Shown: one piece after another, positions 51,859 to 62,179 of the stretch
How positions within the stretch are numbered: position 1 is the stretch's first letter
How the letters are laid out: each line of letters starts with the position of its first letter
Assembly: GCF_026571515.1 (NCBI RefSeq)
Contig: NW_026864970.1
Location: 1-64,000 of the forward strand
From: Ruditapes philippinarum
Lineage: Eukaryota
Reading direction: 5' to 3'
Length of the DNA: 64,000 bases
Notes under the pieces: model-generated
Told to the model about the DNA's origin: nothing
Seen by the model: the letters and a program-made list of their open reading frames with translations, nothing else
Databases searched by the model: none
Translations under genes and position numbers: made by a program

Positions 51859-54800
51859 CGTGTATATAGTGTATATAAACGTGATAACTATCCAATTAAA
51901 AGCAACGTTACAATCATGTTGTATTATAATTAAAGTTGAAATTCATTATCGTTCAAATAAAATAAGATATTCCCGAAGAAATTCCAGTTTTTACACATAT
52001 TAAGCAGAAAATATTTAGTTTGATGAAGCAGAAATTATCTTTATCTTTAACAAGTTTGTGGTGTTGTCTAAAACTGGTAACTTTTTTCTAAATTCTTCAA
52101 ATCCGCTTAATGGCGGATAGTGATTAAAGTTTAGCAGAAAAAAAATCAGTTGGAACCAGAAGAATGTGTGTCATTAAAGCATTAGAAAAGGTTGACGAGC
52201 TGTACAAAATTGGGATTTTTTTATCTAAATTCTTCACATCCGCATAATGTTGAATAGCGATGTTCAGAACAAAACATTCACATGAAGCCTATGAGAGTCT
52301 TATAAAAAGTTGAAGGATTGTCAACAATTGGGAAAAAATATTTTTTTCCCCTAAATTCCTCAAGCCTGCTAAACATTGAATAGTGACAAATGTTCAGCAG
52401 GAAAAATATTTGATTGGGCACAGCAGAAAATGTTCCATCGGGGCCCTTTAGAAGGGTGACGAGTTGTTTAAGATTGGGAAGAACCACTCTCCTCTATTTT
52501 GCTTTACTCGTATTCATGAAAGTGGTGAATAATAACCAAATGTTTAGCAGAAAATATACAGTTATACTTGCCGCAAGAAATGTATCATTAAGACCTTTTC
52601 AAATATTGACGGTTGTCAAAATTTCTGAAAATTTGGTAACGGGCTGGAATATTCATTTCTATTACGCTTCCTAGAATCACGCGCTATGAAAAGCACATTA
52701 ACATCAAACACCACTACATCATAGTTTGTGATTATCATGAGGCCGAAAGACCTACATTTCGTGACAAAGCAGAATGAAAGCTGCAATTGAAGCTGGGGGA
52801 TTCTTTGAAAAATGCTTTCAAAAATGACATTACCTTCAAGCGGATATATATATATTATCTTTTGTATATAATTATAAAATGAACGTGTGGCAAAACCTGT
52901 GCCAGATGAAAGATTAGATTTAAGTAAGTATATGTAAAATGACAAGTCCCGTAAGATATTTTTACTCTTCCGAAATACACCAGTGTCTAATGTTTAATGA
53001 TGATTACATATTCCTACAGTATACCGACTGTGCATTGCAAATTTAATGATGGCCCAGTGAAGTGGAATTTTTAAAATTTCAAGTTTCCCTTGGGTGACGA
53101 CGTTCTGGAATTTAAAGGCTGATAAGAGCGAGTGTGGAAATGCCAGAGTGGTTTATTTCATAGACTAGAATAAAATATGTCATTGTATCTAAGCAGTTAT
53201 ACAGTTGAACAGATGTTGGCAGAACAAGTAAAAAGGGAGAGAAATTGGAACCTGGGTTGAACCACCGATAGTCTGTAAGCTTTATCAAATAAAATCATCA
53301 CTTTCTTTGGTGATTCTAAACCAAAGCACTGAGATTGAAAAAATTTGGTTTCAGCGAGCGTCGTATATAATCATAAATCATAGAGCCATATAGAATCACG
53401 AACGCCATAAACACTTCTGTTTGGTATATTTACTTAATATCAAGTACAAATATACAATAATAATTATGCTTAATTGTTTATTCTACAAAAAGGACAAAAT
53501 AATAAATATTCTTGGAAAGTTCTTTTGCAAAATAGTCATTATTCAAAAACAAGCATTTATTGGGGACTATTGTAAGCAGTTTAATATAGAATGAAAAATG
53601 TTATGGTAAAAAGTAGTTCATTGTGCTTGAGAAAGGCATTTGCTTTATGGCCTCAAGAGAAAAAAATGTTTGTACATATTATAAATATGCCTTTTTTTAC
53701 TAATTTATATTATACATTGAAATCTTGTATTTATATTTACTGTATAAATGATCCTTTGTACCAACTGTAATATATATCATGTAAATCCTTTTCAGTTATG
53801 GAGGAAATATAGAAAATAATAGTAATAACTTTCTGACAATTGTAATGTCTAAGATAGAAATTATTTACGACGTTTGAAATGGGTAATTAAATTGAAATTG
53901 TGTTGACTTCCATAAATATTCGTTTGTGTCGTGAATTTTAAAATGTAAATGTGTGTTTTTATCATTTTACAATACCTCGTAAATTATATAGTGTTACACA
54001 TACATGATATATGAATGAAAATTAATAATAATTATATTATTATTATTATCATTATTATCATCATCATCATCATCATTTTTATCATTATTATTATTATTAT
54101 CATTATTATCTAATAATGCTAATTTTATTAATTTTATTCAAATGAATGCAAGAACTCAAACTTTTCAATTCTGTTGACATTAAAAATGCTTTATTTAAGG
54201 CGCACAGGTGATATATTTTAATTAAAGGATGGATTATTTTTTGTAACAACAATATGTTTTAAGACTTTCATAAATCATTCTTTAATAGGGTTTTAGGTAA
54301 AAATTTTTAATGTGAAAACTCATCACTTATCGTTCAAATGACTAGAAAGTGACACTGTTAATATTTCCATCAGCTTTTGCATGATGCACTATTATTTGTA
54401 AAAAGTATTACTCATTTCAGAAGTGTGGAATTTTCAGTCACGTTCAAGGAGCTGCAAACATCTCTTTTACATACGACTTCGAAAAACTGTAAACATGCAA
54501 TTGTATTTACGATGTTGTTGGAATGACATTGTTTTGTCAGGTGTAATTTTGTAATGATGCTTCTTTTTTATTATAACAAATGCAAAATACTTTTAAATTG
54601 TCATGCAATATAAGTCATCGTGAAAAATCTTGAAAATATGCATACTGCCAGATTTGTATTCACCAGTTTCAAATATTACAAAGATTATGTAGAGGACATT
54701 TAACTTTTTCTTTAAATGCACGTTTCATCGAATGGTATGAAAATAAACATTTCTTGAGCGGCGGTTGCCACGAGTGAAATATGATAATTTTCACGCCACA

Positions 54801-56990
54801 AGATGAAAATAAATCCTGTATTTACAGAATGAGAAACACTCGAATTTTCTGTTTATTATAAACATGTGTGTCTTTTTCGACATTACAAATTTGAAAACCT
54901 TCTTAGTCATGATAGATATATCGAGTTTTGAAATGCCAGAGTTGTTTATTTCAGAGACTGGTAAAAGTGTATCCTTATATCAGTTGTATAACATAGAAAC
55001 ATGAATTGATTCAAGGTTAAAAGTATATTTTTGCAATGCTAACTTGATGAGCCACTGGCGAATGGTAGTCAAGTAAATGTTTCTGGGTGGCAGAATATGT
55101 TATTTTGATACAATATTGAGTTATGAATTAATAATATATCTTGGAAATGATGACCTCCCCTTCAAATGGTACCCACAGGCTTTAATGATTGCCAAGGAAT
55201 GCTACAAAGTGATGACATATTTTATGCCTGTATGCCCATTTGGGTATTTTTTCTTTGCTCTGATGCCAAAAAGGACGAGTTTTTTTATAAATAGTTTTGT
55301 GTACTTCTACTCATATCACTGTAAAATTTAGCTGGCATGGGAATACGTTTAAGCTGCAAATGTGGCATTCATTAATTAAAATTGGATTAACTTCTGTGAC
55401 AAAATAGTTTTTAAGAAGTTCATTTATCATGCATTGGGTTTAAGTTTAACACTCCCCTGTGATTAATGGAAAAACTCATTACCGTTCAAATGTGACTACA
55501 TAATTACGTTCATGTTTTCTTGTGTTTTTTTTTATTTGCAGGAGTATTTGTGCGTCAAATTACAATTTCTGATTCCTATTAAACAGTTGTCAGAGAAGTC
55601 GGATAATGTATGTTGTACTAGTTAGAACAGTTTTGTGCCAATATCAAATAATTAATTTCACCACGGTATAGTGCAATGTTGCACAACACAGTAATATCAA
55701 ACAAATCAGATAAAACAAACTTCTGTACTGATAATCGTTTGCACCAGACCTTGTGTATATGTTTGTCGTTTGATTCAATGTCGGTGAAAAATGCAGACTT
55801 TCCAGTAAAAATGATATTATTATTGACACACAATGCACCATGCTTGATAGGGTCAAGCGAAAAAAAGACATATTGTTCAAAAATTGCAGCGGGTAAAAAG
55901 TTACGAATAAGATGTCTGGATATTTCTATTATATTTACAATTTATTTTATTCAGATCCATATTAAATCATTTAAATTTAATATGAAAAATTGACTTCACG
56001 TAAAATAATTATTCCAAATTAAACTTTTAATTGACAATTAAAACTACAATCATATTTTGCATGTAGGTCTCATTAGTGTATCACTAAAACTATCTATAAA
56101 CAGAATATATTATTTAGCAAGGGAATTAAATTATGTATGATCTACACGAGTTGTCATCCAGATCAAAAGTGAAAATTTTGTTGTAATATTTCAATTATTT
56201 TATTCAGTCACTTCAGTTTCAAAGTTAACCTTAACTTTTAATGCGTGTATATATTTTATTAAACATGAGTTATCATGTCACACTATTACACATTCTGTGA
56301 GACTTAAATTTAACGAGTCTATGAGAGAGTTATCAGTCTGACCTGATGCAAACTTTTAAAACGTTCCTAGGCTAGTTGAATTTAATATTAGTTTAATATA
56401 TATAATGGTAGGTCCAGAAAAAAGTTTCTTTTATTACTTTTCAACCCTTCAAAATTCTTAGATACACTGATGCCATGTGTCAAATAATGACACATCCTAT
56501 ATATAACCAATTAAATGATGCCATAATAAAGATAGTGTCATGGTATATTCGAAAAGTCATCTCTCCCTTGAGTATGGTGTTCTGGATTTCATTGTTAATT
56601 AATGTGTGTGACAGATGTGTTTGTTGTATAGACTAGAGAAAATGTGTAACTATAACTGGACAAAAGTTATTTTCATAAATGCAAAATAGATAAATGCAAA
56701 ATAAATACAAAGAAAAATGAAAACAACTATATTAATAAATGAATGAATAAAAAATGAATGACTAAAAGATGACAACTTGAAAAGAGATTCAAAAGGCAAC
56801 ACAGAAAGTATTTTACTGTTCCTTTGTTCATGTTGTTTGTTAAAATATGACACTATTAATTAATGTTTATACACAATCTTATCTTTGAAACTATAATTTT
56901 GAAAGAAAGCTGCGTGAGATATTTAATCATATAATATTATACCTTATTTTAGAAAAGATGGACAAACGTATGAATATATGGTTATCGCAC
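51859..56990 (+). repeat. Right array unit U3
   Basis: Colinear with U2 through gaaaagagattcaaaaggcaac (45061/~51485/~56779). The SINE segment is absent. Confidence 0.92.
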
Positions 56991-59503
56991 ACAACAACCG
57001 CAATGAAATTAAAATATATTTAACATAATGCTTCATTTGAAAAAAAGTCGTCATCAACAATGCACGGATGATAAACATGACCATTATGAAGCGATTTAAT
57101 TAGTCATTTTGATTTTTGCAATGAGATGTGACACTTTAATAATAGGCATCAGGTGCGATAAAGTCCTGGCATTGCTATATACGACATACATTTCTCACGA
57201 ACCATGTGTTATAAAAAACGTTTCTCCACTGTTATTAATGTCCACGAAGTGACAGAACAATACTTTAGCAGACTTATATAATGCTTTCACTTGAATTTTG
57301 TTCATTACAAGAAATTATGTTTATTAGTATGAACAATCAATTTATATCATCTAGATCAATTATAAACAAATCCTTTTACATGTTTCCATTTTCAGACTAC
57401 TCTTACGTATTAATAAATTTCTACAATTCATAGCAATAGATAGGTGTTACTGAACGAAAATAAACAGGCATCTAATAAATTACAGTCTCAGGGTTGTAAT
57501 GTTTGTTTTACTGCGCGGTCCTTCGGGATGATTTATTCCAATTCTTCCAGTGCTTAGCATTGAATACCGTATAAGTTTGTGCTATGGGAGTCGTTAGCGA
57601 TTAAGAGGTCTTACACACTTGGTTATCTCTCAAGCACAGACTCAAAGATACATCGAATTTGCCATTTCTATCATTTTACTTCCCGCCTTTGATCTCGTTG
57701 AATTTATTTTCTAACATTTTTATACAATTACTCTACAAATAATTCTAATGCTTTTCTTTGTTTGTAGATCGAGTACTTTTTGTCTAATGCTGAAAATATT
57801 TTTCAGGGTTCATGTTCGTGTTTGAAACAATGCAAGAAGATGCACCCTATGTCTTCCTGGAAAGTCGAACTATGACCTACACAACAAATCAAACAAACAA
57901 GCACAGAAAGTAAAGGGTCCAGAAATTTAAATTGTGTGTAGACTTGAATACATGATGTAAATAAATACATTAAATACTTTTTAAAAGTTTTCACAGCATG
58001 AATTTCTCATTACTTTAACACCTCTTAAGTGAAATTAATTAATATACAATTTAATATTTATATATTTATTTGTTTAGTAATGGGTCATGTTACTTTAAAA
58101 TTATTTTTATATCTAATATACAGATACATTTGTCAATTTCAGGAATTTATTAATTTTACTTAAAATAAATAATTTGTAGAGGGAACACTTGGTTAAATTT
58201 ACATCATTTGATATGATATGAAAGTAAGTGCAGGAGTTCACATAATGAGCATGACATTTGATATTTCTCAAGGTTATTACGTAAATGTAAAAACTGTATA
58301 AAAGTGAGATCCATAGTTATGGAAGCACCATTTTAATTTAAAAGCGAAAAAACTGATGGTTGTGTTAGACTGAGTGTATTCACATATAGTTTCCCTAAAA
58401 TTTCAATAAAACACATGCTACTGTTATGACTGTTATATATTTTATCTAAATATCCAAATTAAAGGACAAGAATAAAACAAATGTCGTCCAATTTATTTAT
58501 TTCTCTCGCTATCTTGAGATTGCTATGGCAAAAATCACATGGACCAGACTTCCATGTAAACTATTCAATTTGAAGTAAGACAGTCAGAATTCCTTAATAA
58601 ATAGATTGTTCTTTTTTACCCTATCATGAGATAAACAAAGAAGGTATATGTTCACTTAGTATTAAAATAAATTTGAAACAAATATGATATGACCAAATAT
58701 TCCATATTATTACCCCTCACTTTTTTCGTAATGCTTATTTCCCATAGGCCTCTGGGAGTTATTTTTACTGTTAATGCAAGTGTACCACGTGACTAAGAAT
58801 TTTGTACTGTTACATAGGTAACAGTATTTTTTAAGAGGTCACGTGGTCTATTTCCTAAATAAAATGAAATAAAATGGCCGCCATTTTTTTCTCGATTCAT
58901 TCTTATTTTCAACGTTAAACCCCGATAGGACATCAATTTCTCCTCTGGAGTCCCTATGACACTCATAAAATTTAGTTGTTTGCACCCTGGTGTGCTTTTC
59001 GCGTATAAAATATCTTTTTGCTGAATAGTCAAAAAGTGAACATCCGTTTTCAACGGAAGTAAATGCAATGTAAATAATTATGTTTCAAACTGGAACATGC
59101 AGACGATTTAAGCATGCAACAAAGGATTATTTAACAAATTTAATCAGTGAAACGTTACAGATATGGTGAACATAGGATATCATCGTTATTTTGTCAAAAA
59201 CCATGCTAAGAATATTCTGGAAACAGAAGGATCAGATTTCACAGATCATAATCATGTAAATGGGTTAGTGTTTTGTTTCCTAAATAAAACCTAGCTTATT
59301 GTATGTTTATGATTTGTAGATATCATCACTTGCTTAAAGAATAAAAGAAAAAGAAAACATCTCAAGTAGGCCTACAGTAAAGTACACTTAAAACTTAAAA
59401 GGTAAGGACAGTTTAGTTATTGTTACTCTTGGTTTATTTTTGTTACAGTTAGATTTAGTTGACAATTTCAGATCATCTCAGTATTTTTGTTCGGGTTAAT
59501 AAA

Positions 59504-59644
59504 ATAAATAACACATGGGTTTGTGAGTAACAGTAAAAATATCATCCTGAGGAAAATACTGTAACCCTCGGCTACGCCTCGGGTAACAGTATTTTCCTCG
59601 GGATGATATTTTTACTGTTACCCACAAACCCATGTGTTATTTAT
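59504..59644. mobile_element. 141-bp near-perfect palindrome (hairpin element, possibly Crypton-type)
   Basis: ataaataacacatgggtttgtg...cacaaacccatgtgttatttat with three arm mismatches and the centre ctcggctacgcctcgg. Confidence 0.85.
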
Positions 59645-60409
59645 ATAATATGCATATTTCTTAAATCAATTAATTTAAAATCTTTTACGATATGTTACAA
59701 CATTTTTAGATAAGTCTAACAGTTGATGGCTCATTTAATTGGCATACAAGTATGTATGTAAGGTTATTTCTTGGTCGTTGCTGCAATCTTGGTACAGTAA
59801 AGAACACTGTAATGAAAAACAATGGAAATTAACAAGAATGTCTAGCAGATCTTACTTCCTACTCGACAATAAGATAAACGACAAATACTTAATCTTTATG
59901 TCAGACCTCTGACATATAGGTGTGATTTCCTCAAGTTTCTGGATCAGACTTCAATGTATATATTACATGGTTGATTTCCCATGTGAATTGTGATAATGTT
60001 TTTCTTAGATTAACGGATGAATCCTTATTTTCAATCAAACAGAGGTGTGCATTGTATGTATCGGGAATGTATTTGAAGATTAGTTATATCAATAAAATTG
60101 ATAAGAAATAAAATACAAGACGAAATATAAAATGATACTGATGTTTTTAAAGGAAAAATTTAAAACAAATATATATAGTGAAAATGTTGAAGATGAAAAA
60201 GACACTTAATAGAAAAGTCATGAAGACATAACTTAGTTTGTTCTATATATGTTGCAAGATTTACTTATATCTACTTAAACTGAAAATTGTTAATTTTATT
60301 GAGTGTACACATTAATTATGAACATTATGCCTCAGAAATCAATACATTTTTATGTCTTTAGAAAGGTCAAACATTTCTCAAAATGTTTAAATAATGGATT
60401 TAGAGCATC

Positions 60410-60745
60410 TTTTTAAGAGAGCTCTCAAAACACATTATTTCATAAAGTTCTATGGACGTTAGTTCAAAAATCATCATACATGTACTACTTTTGCTATATT
60501 ATCAGTGTTAATTTTAATTGAGCCTTGATTTTAAACTAAATGTGTTTGTATTTCTTACCATCCTTTACTGTTTTTGGATTATCATTATTGTTTAATAGGT
60601 TTACTTAATTAATGTTGTACATTATGTCTTATATATATATATGATTATGTTTTATCGGATTTATGTAAAGCACTCTTGAACATTTATTATTTATGAAAAG
60701 AGTGCTATAGAAATGTGGTATATAATAATAATAATAATAATAATC
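60410..60745 (+). mobile_element. Probable LINE/SINE 3' tail fragment
   Basis: Ends tgtaaagcactctt...aagagtgctatagaaatg (stem-loop) followed by (AAT)n. It interrupts a segment that is contiguous, in inverted orientation, at 34200-34410. Confidence 0.55.
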
Positions 60746-62179
60746 TTAGATGTCACACGTCAGAAAAAGGTAGCACTGAACATGAGTTATAAGTCGTTTA
60801 GGTATTAGAATAAGTAGCTCATTTTGATAGTCCCAAAATGTTATTTGAATATTTACATTATGTATGACATTGGCGAATTTATTTATTTACTGAATTAAAC
60901 ATAGAGTCATTGGGTCTTTAAATCGTTTGTTGCCTTGCTTTGTGCCTTAACAATTGTCATGTGTGGCTGGGTACTGTTGTGGCTGCGTTTATTGTTCTCA
61001 CTTGTTGATTCTTCCAGTCATACTTGATGTATATTCTTTATTTCAATCATTGTGTGATACCCTGATAGAACCATGTGAGCGTATAGTCTATTTTTTGTTA
61101 GAGTGTCTAATGTCAAATATGAATATATTGCAAAAATTTATCAGTAGTATACAGTTCACTTTTGTCAAAGAAAAATGTTGACATCTACTATAAATGTTAA
61201 GATCAAACCTCATCTTTTAAACATTTCATATTATTATTGGCAAGGGATATGGCAAGGTGATGGAATATGCTTAATGTCATTTCATATATCCCCGTGTTTT
61301 CTGTACTAAGAATATTGAGATAACAGCATACTAGGTTATTTTCTCTACCGATAATTTATATATTAACATTTATATAATTACATTTCATTTTATAAATTAA
61401 AGCACTTTATAAGTCGGTAATAAGATTTTCTTTGTTTATATTCCTTTGACTTTATGTGAGTATTTAATCAAACAGAAATAGTCGGCTTTGTTTCAGAGGA
61501 TAATGACTTGTATTATATTTATGACATTGTTTTGTAGACTGTATTTCTTTGATCTTTTATTTTATAAAATTCAATAGCGATGTGGCGCAAAACTGATTTG
61601 TCATGATGATCGTTTTTTTTGTAGAAGATGTTGTCTATGACATATGGTTGTGTACATTTCTTTCATTATAATTATATACGACATCGTTAAAGCAGGAAAT
61701 TGTAAAAACTAACTACATCAGGTGTAATGGTAGTCTGTCTTGATTAATCTCATGGCTCGCATGTGTAAGACACGTATGTCTGTACGACGTTATGGAAGAA
61801 AATAACGGATAGCATTACATTGTACATGAGTGTGTAGTGGATAAAATAAAATTCTTAAGTTATCGAATTTGCATTGTTCATGCCTTAAATGTGGGTCAAC
61901 CTTGCTAATATAATTTCTTATAAAATCAATTTTATATGGAATCATTATTATTATTACTATTATTACAAAAAAATATTTATACTAAACTATCATAAATAGA
62001 CGCATTTAAAGGGGTGTAAATGGGGAGGCATATTGTACAGTAAAAAGAAAACAACTTTATAATCACTATGTTGTCATTATTTTATGATTTTTATGATCAT
62101 CTATTGAAACTGTTCTGCTTTTAACACGTTTTGTTTGTGTACAAAGAGAGGATAATACGTTTCCTAACAAAATATTCAA

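Noticed and set aside
58871-58887. Palindromic double YY1-like word aaaatggccgccatttt
   Set aside because: Such words are common in transposon subterminal regions (also at 19670, 40071 and 42725), and there is no independent evidence of a promoter.
60954-61181. Cys-rich ORF MSCVAGYCCGCVYC...
   Set aside because: TTG start, no signal peptide or recognisable cysteine framework, and GT-rich composition explains the cysteines.
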